Positions 25,070 through 33,778 of a DNA stretch of 53,392 nt are shown here, one piece after another. Source of the stretch: Candidatus Aminicenantales bacterium (lineage in GTDB: Bacteria; Acidobacteriota; Aminicenantia; Aminicenantales; UBA4085); contig JBEKTZ010000005.1 in NCBI GenBank assembly GCA_049515535.1, forward strand, positions 186,001 through 239,392, written 5' to 3'. How positions within the stretch are numbered: the first letter of the stretch is position 1; the number at the start of each line of letters is the position of its first letter. Both the position numbers and the translations under genes were made by a program. The notes under the pieces were generated by a model. It was not told the DNA's origin and did not search any database. It saw nothing but the letters and a program-made list of their open reading frames with translations.

Positions 25070-26941
25070 ATGAACAAGCTTTTGGACAAGATTTCGAGCC
25101 CGCGGGATCTCAAGACGCTTTCCCTCGATGACCTCGCGAAGCTGGCCAATGAGATCCGGGCCTATATCCTCGATGTCGTCTCCAAGAACGGCGGCCATCT
25201 TTCGGCGAACCTAGGCGCGGTGGAGCTCACGCTCGCCCTCCATTACGTGTTCGACGCGCCCCGCGACAAAATCATCTGGGACGTCGGGCATCAGAGTTAT
25301 GCCCATAAAATCATCACCGGCCGCCGCGATCGGTTCCGGACCCTGCGACAATTCGGCGGGATCCTCGGCTTTCCCAGCCGTGAGGAAAGCGAATACGACG
25401 TCTATAACACCGGCCACGCCTCGACGGCCCTTTCCGCGGCCCTCGGGCTGGCCGTCGTGCGGGATAAAAAGAACGCAGCCTACAAAGTCATCGCTGTGAT
25501 CGGCGACGGGAGCCTCACCGGCGGCGTTTCCTGGGAGGCGATGAACCAGATCGGCCATCTCCGCGAAAAACTCATCATCGTCCTCAATGACAATGAAATG
25601 TCGATCTCGCAGAGCGTCGGGGCCCTGTCCAAGTACCTCGGCTACCTCGCTTCTGGACAACATTATTTACGGATCAAGGACCACGCCAAATCCGTCTTGA
25701 AATCGATCCCCGGGCTCGGCTGGCCGATGATCAAAGCCGGCCGGGCCATGGAAGACCTGATCAAGAAAACATTCTTCCCCGGACTCCTGTTCGAGGAGCT
25801 GGGTCTGCGCTACATCGGACCCGTCCAGGGCCATAGCCTGGGCTCGCTCATCGAAGTTTTCGAGGAGGCCAAGAAATTCGAGGTCGGGCCCGTCCTCATT
25901 CATTGCGTGACGCGCAAAGGCCGGGGATACGCGCCGGCCCTCGACAATCCCGAGCATTTTCACGGCGCTTCGCCGTTCGATGTCCATACCGGTGAACCGT
26001 CCGCGCCGAACGGGAAAGAGTCGTTTTCCTCGGTCTTCGGCCGGACCATGGTCGAGATCGCGGGGAAAGACGATCGGGTGATCGCCATCACGGCCGCTAT
26101 GCCGGACGGGACGGGGCTCGCGGATTTCGCGAACCGGCTTCCCGCTCAATTCTTCGATGTCGGCATCGCCGAGCAGCACGCGGTGAACTTCGCGGCGGGG
26201 CTGGCGCTCGGCGGCCTTCGACCCGTCTGCGCCATATACTCGACCTTCCTCCAGCGGGCGTACGACCAGGTCTATCACGATGTCTGCCTCCAAGACCTGC
26301 CGGTCGTCTTCGCCCTGGATAGAGCGGGGATCGTGCCCGACGACGGGCCGACGCACCAGGGGATCAACGACATCGCTTATCTGAGGCATATGCCCAACAT
26401 GATCCTCATGGCCCCGCGAGACGAGAACGAACTCCGGCATATGCTCAAGGCGGCCCTGTCTTACGGCCATCCCGTCGCGATCCGCTATCCCAAAGGAGAA
26501 GTCCAGGGAGTCGTCATGGACGCGGGATTCAAAAACATCGAGCTGGGTCAGAGCGAGACGTTGAAAGACGGCCGGGACTTGCTCCTGGCCTACGGCGGAA
26601 TGGTTTATGCCGCGCTCGAGGCGGCCAAGATCCTCGAAGACGAAGGGATCAGTCTGGCGGTCATCGACGCCAAATTCGCCAAGCCGCTCGACGAAAAGAA
26701 GATTTTCGAGTTCGCCAAGCCCGGCCGGACGATCATCACGGCCGAGGAGGGGATCGTCGCCGGCGGATTCGGGAGCGCGGTCCGCGAACTCCTGGACGAG
26801 CGGAAGCTCTTCGACGCGCGGTTCAAGGCCATCGGGCTGCCGCTCGAGATCTATCCCGTCGGGAAAGTTCGCCAGATCAAAAAGATGTTCCGTCTCGACC
26901 CCGCCGGCCTGGCCGAGCAGATCCGGGAATTTTATCGCTGA
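25070..26941 (+). CDS. dxs: 1-deoxy-D-xylulose-5-phosphate synthase
   Basis: GGHLSANLG, WDVGHQ, GDGSLTGG, LNDN, GIAEQH and DGPTHQG motifs. Confidence 0.97.
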   Translation: MNKLLDKISSPRDLKTLSLDDLAKLANEIRAYILDVVSKNGGHLSANLGAVELTLALHYVFDAPRDKIIWDVGHQSYAHKIITGRRDRFRTLRQFGGILGFPSREESEYDVYNTGHASTALSAALGLAVVRDKKNAAYKVIAVIGDGSLTGGVSWEAMNQIGHLREKLIIVLNDNEMSISQSVGALSKYLGYLASGQHYLRIKDHAKSVLKSIPGLGWPMIKAGRAMEDLIKKTFFPGLLFEELGLRYIGPVQGHSLGSLIEVFEEAKKFEVGPVLIHCVTRKGRGYAPALDNPEHFHGASPFDVHTGEPSAPNGKESFSSVFGRTMVEIAGKDDRVIAITAAMPDGTGLADFANRLPAQFFDVGIAEQHAVNFAAGLALGGLRPVCAIYSTFLQRAYDQVYHDVCLQDLPVVFALDRAGIVPDDGPTHQGINDIAYLRHMPNMILMAPRDENELRHMLKAALSYGHPVAIRYPKGEVQGVVMDAGFKNIELGQSETLKDGRDLLLAYGGMVYAALEAAKILEDEGISLAVIDAKFAKPLDEKKIFEFAKPGRTIITAEEGIVAGGFGSAVRELLDERKLFDARFKAIGLPLEIYPVGKVRQIKKMFRLDPAGLAEQIREFYR

Positions 26942-27046
26942 AGCGGGCGGCAAGCTGACCGTGGTACAGTTTCGGGGACATGATTCCCTATCCCCATGGG
27001 AAGCGATGAAATGATCAGCAGACACCGTCTCGAGTTTCCTTTTAAA

Positions 27047-27844
27047 ATGATAAAAAAAGAGCGGCTGGATAAACTCCTGGTCGAACGCGGGCTGGCCCCG
27101 ACGCCCCGCAAGGCTCAGGCGATGATCATGGCCGGCCTCGTCTTCAGCCAAGGCGGCCGCCTGGAGAAGCCGGGACGGTTGATCCCCTCCGACCTGGAGA
27201 TTACGATCCAAACGATTCCGCCCTACGTCGGCCGTGGAGGTTTGAAGCTCGCAGAGGCCCTCGAAGTTTTCCCGGTCGACGCGAACGGCCGGATCTGTGT
27301 CGATATCGGCGCCTCGACCGGCGGCTTCACGGACTGCCTTCTCCAGCGGGGAGCGGCCCGGGTTTATGCCGTGGACGTCGATATCCGCCAGATCGACCAA
27401 AAGCTCCGGGAGGACCCGCGTGTTGTCCTGATCGAGAAGAACGCCCGTAACCTTGTCCGCGGCGACCTGGCGGAGCCCCCGGATATCGTCGTCATGGACG
27501 TTTCGTTCATCTCCGTCTTGAAAATATTCCCCGCGATCCGCGACGTCCTTGCGCCCGGCGGTCTTCTGCTCGCCCTCCTCAAGCCCCAATTCGAGGCCGC
27601 GAAAGGGCAGGTCGGGAAGAAGGGAATCGTGCGCGACAGGGCCCTCCACGCCGAGGTCCTGGAAAAAATCGTGGACGGGGCCTCGGACCAGGGCTTTCGG
27701 ATACAAGGGTTCCTCCGCTGCTCGACGCGCGGCAAGTCCGGCAACCAGGAATTCTTTTCCCTTTGGTCGAGCGGAGGATTGCCTCCGCACCGGGACACCG
27801 TGTTAAAATGGATCGAGGAGGTCACCCGGAATGAGAACGATTAA
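27047..27844 (+). CDS. tlyA: TlyA family rRNA methyltransferase
   Basis: S4 domain (ERLDKLL), YVGRGGLKL, DIGASTGGFTD, DVSFIS and KPQFE motifs. Confidence 0.94.
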   Translation: MIKKERLDKLLVERGLAPTPRKAQAMIMAGLVFSQGGRLEKPGRLIPSDLEITIQTIPPYVGRGGLKLAEALEVFPVDANGRICVDIGASTGGFTDCLLQRGAARVYAVDVDIRQIDQKLREDPRVVLIEKNARNLVRGDLAEPPDIVVMDVSFISVLKIFPAIRDVLAPGGLLLALLKPQFEAAKGQVGKKGIVRDRALHAEVLEKIVDGASDQGFRIQGFLRCSTRGKSGNQEFFSLWSSGGLPPHRDTVLKWIEEVTRNEND

Positions 27845-28679
27845 AACGGTCGGCGTCGTCATCAAAGCCCATGCGCCCGGGATCGAGCATGTCTTATCCG
27901 AGCTCGAATCCTATCTCGAAAGCCGCGGGATCCAATGCCTTTTCGAGGAGGAGGCGGCCGGAAAGCTCAAGAAACAGGGCGGCCTTCCGCGCCGGACGGT
28001 CCCCGAAAAAGCCGATCTGGTCGTCATTCTCGGCGGCGATGGAACGCTTCTCAGCGTGGCTCATATCGCGGCTCGGATGAACGTTCCCGTCATGGGGGTG
28101 AACCTCGGAAACCTCGGCTTCCTCACCGAAGTGCCGGTCGACGAGATGACGCTGACCCTGGACGCGCTCCTCGGCGGCAACGAGAGCATCATCAGCCCGC
28201 GCCTGGTTCTCGAGTCGCGGTTCAAGGGCGGGGTCGATCTGTGCCTCAATGACGTCGTGATCAACAAGGGCGCGGTCGCCCGGATGATCCACATCAAAAT
28301 CTGGATCGACGACCGGGAGGTCGAGACCATGAAATCCGACGGCCTGATCATCGCCACGCCCACCGGATCGACGGCCTATTCCCTGTCGGCAGGCGGCCCC
28401 ATCCTCCAGCCGATCATCCCGGCGGTTCTTCTGACTCCCATCTGCCCACACACGCTGGCCTTTCGCCCCACCGTCGTCTCGTCGGATTCCCGAATCCGCA
28501 TCCAGCTCCTGACGTCCAACGAAGAAGTCTATCTGACCCTCGACGGCCAGAGAGGGGGGCGGATGGAGAAAAACGACATCGTCGAAGTCCGGCGGGCGAA
28601 ATACGATCTCAGCCTCGTTTCCTCCCCCAAGAGAAGCTATTTCGATTTGCTGCGCGAGAAATTGTCCTGGGGCGGCTGA
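27831..28679 (+). CDS. nadK: NAD kinase
   Basis: GGDGT, NLGNLGFL, LND and DGLIIATPTGSTAYSLSAGG motifs. Confidence 0.96.
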   Translation: MRTIKTVGVVIKAHAPGIEHVLSELESYLESRGIQCLFEEEAAGKLKKQGGLPRRTVPEKADLVVILGGDGTLLSVAHIAARMNVPVMGVNLGNLGFLTEVPVDEMTLTLDALLGGNESIISPRLVLESRFKGGVDLCLNDVVINKGAVARMIHIKIWIDDREVETMKSDGLIIATPTGSTAYSLSAGGPILQPIIPAVLLTPICPHTLAFRPTVVSSDSRIRIQLLTSNEEVYLTLDGQRGGRMEKNDIVEVRRAKYDLSLVSSPKRSYFDLLREKLSWGG

Positions 28680-28809
28680 GTCAAGGGACGAGCCTTCGCG
28701 GCGGAAGTCAAGGGACGAGCCTTCGGCTCGCCACTCGCCCGTAGCTTATATCCACGGGCGAGTACGGCGGAAATGGATCCCCGGGCAAAGCCCGGGGCCC
28801 CAGCCGCCG
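28680..28809 (+). repeat. Palindromic REP/MITE-like element, copy B: 27-nt partial head (28680-28706) plus full long form (28707-28809, 103 nt)
   Basis: GTCAAGGGACGAGCCTTCG occurs twice in tandem; contains hairpins ACTCGCCCGT/ACGGGCGAGT and CCCCGGGC/GCCCGGGG. Confidence 0.9.
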
Positions 28810-28856
28810 AGAGTCCTGAAGGTGCCGCTCAAAACCGCGCGGCGCTCCCTCTTTGA

Positions 28857-28885
28857 TTGACTTTTCAACCTTCAAAAACTATGAT
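28857..28885 (+). promoter_or_regulatory. Putative sigma70 promoter for the glgA-like/trxA/trxB unit
   Basis: TTGACT (28857-62), 17-nt spacer, TATGAT (28880-85). Confidence 0.7.
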
Positions 28886-28892
28886 TGATACG

Positions 28893-28997
28893 TTCGACGG
28901 CGCTATACCCCGATTTTTAAATCGGGGTAAAAAGCGCCGCTCAGTATCAACCCTGAGCATACCCCGGGCTTCAGCCCGGGGAGTCGAATGGGTTGAT
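28893..28997 (+). other. Highly structured palindromic leader element (multibranch fold plus possible pseudoknot)
   Basis: Complementary pairs TTCGAC/GTCGAA, GGCGCT/AGCGCC, TACCCCGATT/AATCGGGGTA, GCTCAG/CTGAGC, CCCCGGGC/GCCCGGGG and ATCAACCC/GGGTTGAT. Confidence 0.75.
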
Positions 28998-29004
28998 TTT
29001 TCAT

Positions 29005-29865
29005 ATGAATAAATCATTGCGTGTTCTCTTTGTCTCGCCCGAAGCGTCTCCGTTCGCCAAGTCCGGAGACCTTGCCGACTCCGCCGGATACCTGTCCGGA
29101 TCGCTGGCGCGGCTGGGGATCGAAATGTCTCTCGTCCTGCCCAAATACCGGCGTCCGGAGATCGAGGCGCTGAATCCGGATCTCATCCTTCCCGAACTGC
29201 TGGTCCCCCTCGGAGCGGACAAGGTCAAAGCCAGCGTCTTCAAGGCGACCGGCGCGGCGGGCCCCCTTTTTTTCATCGATAACCCTAAATATTTCTGCCG
29301 CGACGAGATTTACGGATCCTCCAAAGAGGAATATCTCGATAACGACGAACGCTTCACGTTTTTCTGCCGGGCCGTGCTCGAGTTCGCGCTCAAGGCCAAG
29401 CTCCCCGCGGACATCATCCACTGCCACGACTGGCCGACGGCCCTGGTTCCTTTGTTCCTCCGCACGCATTATGCCCAGAAAAGTCATTTCAAGGACGCGG
29501 CGACGGTCTTTTCTCTCCACGAGACCGCGCATCAAGGCAAGTTTCCGCCCGAATCCCTCGCTCTGACCGGACTCAACTGGGATTTTTTCACCCCCGATCA
29601 GTTGGCCCTCAACGGCAAATTCAATTTCCTAAAAGCCGGGCTGATCTTCTCCGACGCCGTCAATGCGATCGACCCGGCGTTCATGAGCGAACTCCGGTCG
29701 GGAAGCGCCGCGATCGGCTTCGAGGAGATATTCAGACGGCGCCGGGATGCTTTTTCGATTATTCGGGACGGCGCGGACGAGGCGACGTGGGACCTGGCCG
29801 CGAAGGAATACTTGAAACTCTACGAAAACGCCATCGACATCAAAAGAGGAGGTCACAGTGGCTGA
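29005..29865 (+). CDS. Glycogen synthase N-terminal-domain-only protein (GT5-like, probably non-catalytic)
   Basis: EASPFAKSGDLAD, LPKY, YLDNDERF, IIHCHDW and NFLKAGL motifs; the C-terminal GT-B domain is absent. Confidence 0.82.
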   Translation: MNKSLRVLFVSPEASPFAKSGDLADSAGYLSGSLARLGIEMSLVLPKYRRPEIEALNPDLILPELLVPLGADKVKASVFKATGAAGPLFFIDNPKYFCRDEIYGSSKEEYLDNDERFTFFCRAVLEFALKAKLPADIIHCHDWPTALVPLFLRTHYAQKSHFKDAATVFSLHETAHQGKFPPESLALTGLNWDFFTPDQLALNGKFNFLKAGLIFSDAVNAIDPAFMSELRSGSAAIGFEEIFRRRRDAFSIIRDGADEATWDLAAKEYLKLYENAIDIKRGGHSG

Positions 29866-30184
29866 AAATATTCTCGAAATTACCGACGCGAGTTTTGAAG
29901 ACGACGTGTTGAAATCCCCCCTTCCCGTGCTCGTGGATTTTTGGGCCGTGTGGTGCGTGCCCTGCAAGATGATCGCCCCCCTGGTGGACGAAATCGCCGT
30001 CGAATACAAGGATAAACTCAAGGTCGGGAAAGTCAACGTGGACGAAAGCCCCAAGACGCCGGTGCGGTACGGAATCAGGGGCATTCCGACCCTCCTGCTT
30101 TTCAAGGGCGGCGAGCTCAAGGAGACCATGATCGGCGCTCTTCCCAAAGACAAGATCGTCGCCACAATCAACATGCATTTCTGA
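29858..30184 (+). CDS. trxA: Thioredoxin
   Basis: VDFWAVWCVPC and YGIRGIPT. Confidence 0.95.
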   Translation: MAENILEITDASFEDDVLKSPLPVLVDFWAVWCVPCKMIAPLVDEIAVEYKDKLKVGKVNVDESPKTPVRYGIRGIPTLLLFKGGELKETMIGALPKDKIVATINMHF

Positions 30185-30254
30185 ATAAGGGGACATGGGC
30201 TCGTGTCCGCGATGAATCCATAAATCGAAAAATAGGACGAACGGCCTGTCCCCG

Positions 30255-30318
30255 GTCAAGGGACGAGCCTTCGCGGCGGAAGTGGACCCCCGGGCAAAGC
30301 TCGGGGCCCCGGCCGCCG
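30255..30318 (+). repeat. Palindromic REP/MITE-like element, short form (64 nt), copy C
   Basis: GTCAAGGGACGAGCCTTCGCGGCGGAAGTGGACCCCCGGGCAAAGCTCGGGGCCCCGGCCGCCG. Confidence 0.9.
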
Positions 30319-30345
30319 TCGAATCGACGCGCAAAGGATGATCCC

Positions 30346-31269
30346 ATGACTGAACGTCGCGATGTCGTCATCATCGGCGCCGGGCCGGCCGGCCTGGCCG
30401 CCGGACTCTATGCCGGCCGGGCGCGGCTCGATACGGTCGTCCTCGAGAAAGGCATCCCCGGCGGCCAGATCCTGATCACCGATTGGATCGAGAACTATCC
30501 CGGCTTTCCCGAGGGAATCGCGCCCTTTGACCTCATGGAAAATTTCCGAAAGCAGGCCGTCAAATTCGGGGCCCTGATCGTGATCGACGAAGCGCGGGAA
30601 ATCACCAGGGACGGCGGGAGCTGGATCGTCCGGGGGGGGAAGGCCGAATATCCCGCGCGGGCGATCATCGTCACGACGGGCGCGGCCTACCGCCGGCTCG
30701 ACCTGCCGAACGAATCCAAGCTGATCGGGCGCGGCGTGTCCTATTGCGCCACGTGCGACGGTCCGTTCTTCCGCGACCGGGAGATCGCCGTGGTGGGTGG
30801 CGGGGATCAGGCGCTCATGGAAGCGGAATTTCTGGCCAAGTTCGCCCGGGTCGTCCACATCATCCATCGCCGCGACGCGCTGCGCGGGGTCAAGATCCTC
30901 CAGGAACGGGTCTTCGCCAACCCGAAAATCCGGCTGTGCTGGAATTCGGTCGTGGCGGAGATCCTGGGCGAAGATAATCTCGAGGGCGTCGTGCTGAGGA
31001 ATGTGAAAGACGGTGCAAAATCAAAACTCGCCGTCGAGGGGCTTTTCATCTCGATCGGCATGGACCCGGCGAACGCCATCGTCAAGGGCCTCGTCCGGCT
31101 CAACGAATGGGGAGGGATCGTGGTCGATCCGCGGATGGCCACTTCCGAGCCCGGGATTTTTGCCGCCGGCGACGTGATCGATGCCACCCCGCACCAGGTC
31201 GCGACGGCCGTCGGGACCGGGGTTCACGCCGCGATCAGCGTGGACGAATATTTATCGGCCCATAAATAG
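30346..31269 (+). CDS. trxB: Thioredoxin-disulfide reductase
   Basis: GAGPAG, ENYPG, GVSYCATCDG, HRRD and FAAGD motifs. Confidence 0.95.
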   Translation: MTERRDVVIIGAGPAGLAAGLYAGRARLDTVVLEKGIPGGQILITDWIENYPGFPEGIAPFDLMENFRKQAVKFGALIVIDEAREITRDGGSWIVRGGKAEYPARAIIVTTGAAYRRLDLPNESKLIGRGVSYCATCDGPFFRDREIAVVGGGDQALMEAEFLAKFARVVHIIHRRDALRGVKILQERVFANPKIRLCWNSVVAEILGEDNLEGVVLRNVKDGAKSKLAVEGLFISIGMDPANAIVKGLVRLNEWGGIVVDPRMATSEPGIFAAGDVIDATPHQVATAVGTGVHAAISVDEYLSAHK

Positions 31270-31335
31270 AGAGACGCAATACCCGATTCCCCATTTCCTG
31301 CCTTGCCGGAGTGATCACCGCGGCCGGCTTTTTTT

Positions 31336-32367
31336 CTAGCCCGGCTTCTTTTCCAATTCTTCGATTCGCGCCCGGAGCTTTTTAAAATCCTTGACGATGT
31401 CGTAAAGTTGAGGCGCGAGCACCCAGAACTTGCGCCAGTCACGGATGTCGAGATGGGGGATTCCGGCCACGAACGACCCCGAGGGGATGTGCTTCATCAC
31501 TCCCGATTTCGCGGCGATGATGACCTCGTCGCCGACTTCGACGTGATCGGCGATTCCGACCTGGCCGCTCAGGATCGTGTTCCGGCCGACTTTCGAACTG
31601 CCCGCGATTCCGGTCTGAGCCGCGAGAATCGCGTTCTCGCCGACCTCGACGTTATGCGCGACCATGACCAGGGCGTCGATCTTCGCCCCTTTCCGGATGA
31701 TGGTCTCGCCCAGCGCGGCCCGGTCGATCGTCGTATTGGGGCCGATTTCGACGTCGTCTTCGATCACGACCGTGCCGATCTGCGGGATCTTGATCTGCCG
31801 CCCGTCTTCGGCCCGGATGTACCCGAAGCCGTCCGCGCCGATGACGACGCCGTTGTGAATGACGACGCGCCGGCCGACGCGCACGCCCTCGCGAAGGGCC
31901 GCGTTCGAATGGACGACTGAGTCGGCGCCGATCTTGACGCCGGGATAGATGGTCACGAGCGGAAAAATGACCGCGCCCGCCCCGATCTCGGCCTCTTCGC
32001 CCACGACGCAAAAAGCGCCGATGGAGACGCTCTCGCCGATCTTGGCCGACGGCGACACGACCGCCGTGGGATGGATGCCGGGTTCGGGCCGATAGGGAGA
32101 GTGAAAAATCGCGATCGCGCTGACGAACGCGAGATGCGGGTTGCCCGCGCGGATGACCGGAATCCTGTCGAATTTTTCATCGGGAGGGAGGATCGCCGCC
32201 GAGGCGTTGGTTCGTTCCAGCGGCTGCCTGAATTTGGCCTTGGCGAGATAAACCAAATCGCCCCGGCCCGCCTTTTCCAAAGAAGCCACGCCTTTGAGAA
32301 CGACTGTCCCGTCACCCTCGAATGGGCAGCCCAGGTGTTCCGCGAGCTCCTTGACCGTCAGATGCAT
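31336..32367 (-). CDS. lpxD: UDP-3-O-(3-hydroxyacyl)glucosamine N-acyltransferase
   Basis: IHPTAVV, hexapeptide repeats, GADGFGY, KIPQIG, IDR and AHNV motifs. Confidence 0.95.
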   Translation of the reverse strand: MHLTVKELAEHLGCPFEGDGTVVLKGVASLEKAGRGDLVYLAKAKFRQPLERTNASAAILPPDEKFDRIPVIRAGNPHLAFVSAIAIFHSPYRPEPGIHPTAVVSPSAKIGESVSIGAFCVVGEEAEIGAGAVIFPLVTIYPGVKIGADSVVHSNAALREGVRVGRRVVIHNGVVIGADGFGYIRAEDGRQIKIPQIGTVVIEDDVEIGPNTTIDRAALGETIIRKGAKIDALVMVAHNVEVGENAILAAQTGIAGSSKVGRNTILSGQVGIADHVEVGDEVIIAAKSGVMKHIPSGSFVAGIPHLDIRDWRKFWVLAPQLYDIVKDFKKLRARIEELEKKPG

Positions 32368-32370
32368 TTT

Positions 32371-33252
32371 TTACTCCGCTTTCCGCGCGTCGATCTGCTC
32401 GTTGAGAACGGCGGCCAGTTCCGCTCCCCAGAGCAGGATGGCCAGGGAAAAAGAGATCCATAACAGAAAGAAGATGATCGAGGTCAGGGTCCCCTGCAGG
32501 AGTTTCGAAAGGACGATGCCGACCGCGGAGAAGTTGGCGACGTAGACGACGAAAATCCGCTTGAAGATCTCCCACAGGATCGATCCGACGGCCGCCGCGG
32601 CCGCCGCCGCCCGCGTATGGACCTTCGTTTCGGGAATGTACTTGTAGATCACGAAGAGCACCAGGAAGCCCAGCGTGAAGGGGATGAGGTACTGGACGAA
32701 AAAGTTATTGACGACGGCCATGATGCCGGGGTTGAGATAATCCCGGACGAATGAAGACGCTTTGATCGTCCGGTGAAGGGCGGTCCAGACGGCCGTGATC
32801 GACAGCGAGAAAAACAGGATGACGCCGGTGATGAACATGATGATGTATTCCATCAGCCGGTTATAAAAGAACGATTTCTGACGTTGCGACTTGAAGATGG
32901 TGTTGACGGAGTAGATCAGGTTGGAGAACAGAAAGCTCCCGGCGATGAGCGAGCCGAGAAGTCCGAACCAACCCAGGTTGCCGATGTTCTTGGATATGCC
33001 GCTGAGCTTGGTGAAGAACGAGGGATCGAACTGGGCGAAAAAATCCTCGGTGAAGATGTTGAGGCTGCGGATGGCGAGCTCATAGCTTCCCAGGATCTTG
33101 GTCGTGGCGAAGGCGAAGAGAGCGATGAGCGGGACCGCGCACAGCAGAGTGAAATAGGAAATGACGATCGATTGGTTGAAACAGCGGTCGGCGTTGAACC
33201 TTTTAAAGGTCGTCCCGAGCAGCTTGAAAATCGGCGCCGGCATGCTATTCAC
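32371..33252 (-). CDS. YihY/virulence factor BrkB family membrane protein
   Basis: Multiple TM segments; IYKYIP, WEIFK and LLWGAEL motifs. Confidence 0.85.
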   Translation of the reverse strand: MNSMPAPIFKLLGTTFKRFNADRCFNQSIVISYFTLLCAVPLIALFAFATTKILGSYELAIRSLNIFTEDFFAQFDPSFFTKLSGISKNIGNLGWFGLLGSLIAGSFLFSNLIYSVNTIFKSQRQKSFFYNRLMEYIIMFITGVILFFSLSITAVWTALHRTIKASSFVRDYLNPGIMAVVNNFFVQYLIPFTLGFLVLFVIYKYIPETKVHTRAAAAAAAVGSILWEIFKRIFVVYVANFSAVGIVLSKLLQGTLTSIIFFLLWISFSLAILLWGAELAAVLNEQIDARKAE

Positions 33253-33317
33253 TCGCTCTTGCCGGGCAAGATGAGAGATTTATCAAGAGGATCCGATCCC
33301 GCGTCCCAGGCTCGATC

Positions 33318-33662
33318 TTACGCGTAGGTTCCCCATTTCCCCATCAGGATGATGAACGTGACGAGCAGGGCGTAGATGACGAGCGTCTCGATCAGGATCA
33401 GCCCCAGGAGCAGGAGGAAGCGGATGTGGGGACCCGAGGCCGGGTTGCGCGAAATCCCTTCGCAGGCGCTGCTGATGGCCTTGGCCTGGCAGAAAGCGCC
33501 CGCGGCCACGGCCAGGGTGATGATCCCTCCGCTGACGAGGATCGAGAGCCTGTAGAGGGACGCCTTGGCGTCGGTCAACGTCCCTTCCTGGGCGAGGAGC
33601 GGCGCGCCGGCGATGAAGACAAAGAACAGCAGAAGCCCGAGGGCCTTGAGATTCTTATTCAT
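33318..33662 (-). CDS. atpE: F0 ATP synthase subunit c with a signal-peptide-like N-terminal extension
   Basis: CQAKA…ISRNP…ILIETLVIY; start MNKNLK at 33662 follows an AAAGGAG RBS. Confidence 0.9.
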   Translation of the reverse strand: MNKNLKALGLLLFFVFIAGAPLLAQEGTLTDAKASLYRLSILVSGGIITLAVAAGAFCQAKAISSACEGISRNPASGPHIRFLLLLGLILIETLVIYALLVTFIILMGKWGTYA

Positions 33663-33778
33663 TCTGAGACTCCTTTCTATATACCTAACACCGCGGCGAG
33701 GATAAAGCAAGGCCGACGATTCCCCATTCCCAGCTTGGGGCCGGGGGGGCGGCGAGATGATGACCGCGAGGTTATTTT

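Noticed and set aside
4344..27790. Very long antisense ORFs (e.g. 4344-6464, 10588-12828, 13321-15765, 17264-19300, 20041-21804, 25667-27790)
   Set aside because: Shadow frames opposite well-conserved genes in high-GC DNA, with no recognisable motifs
29858..31269. Selenocysteine in TrxA/TrxB, given the SelB-like gene
   Set aside because: Both active sites are Cys-encoded (WCVPC, CATC) with no in-frame UGA
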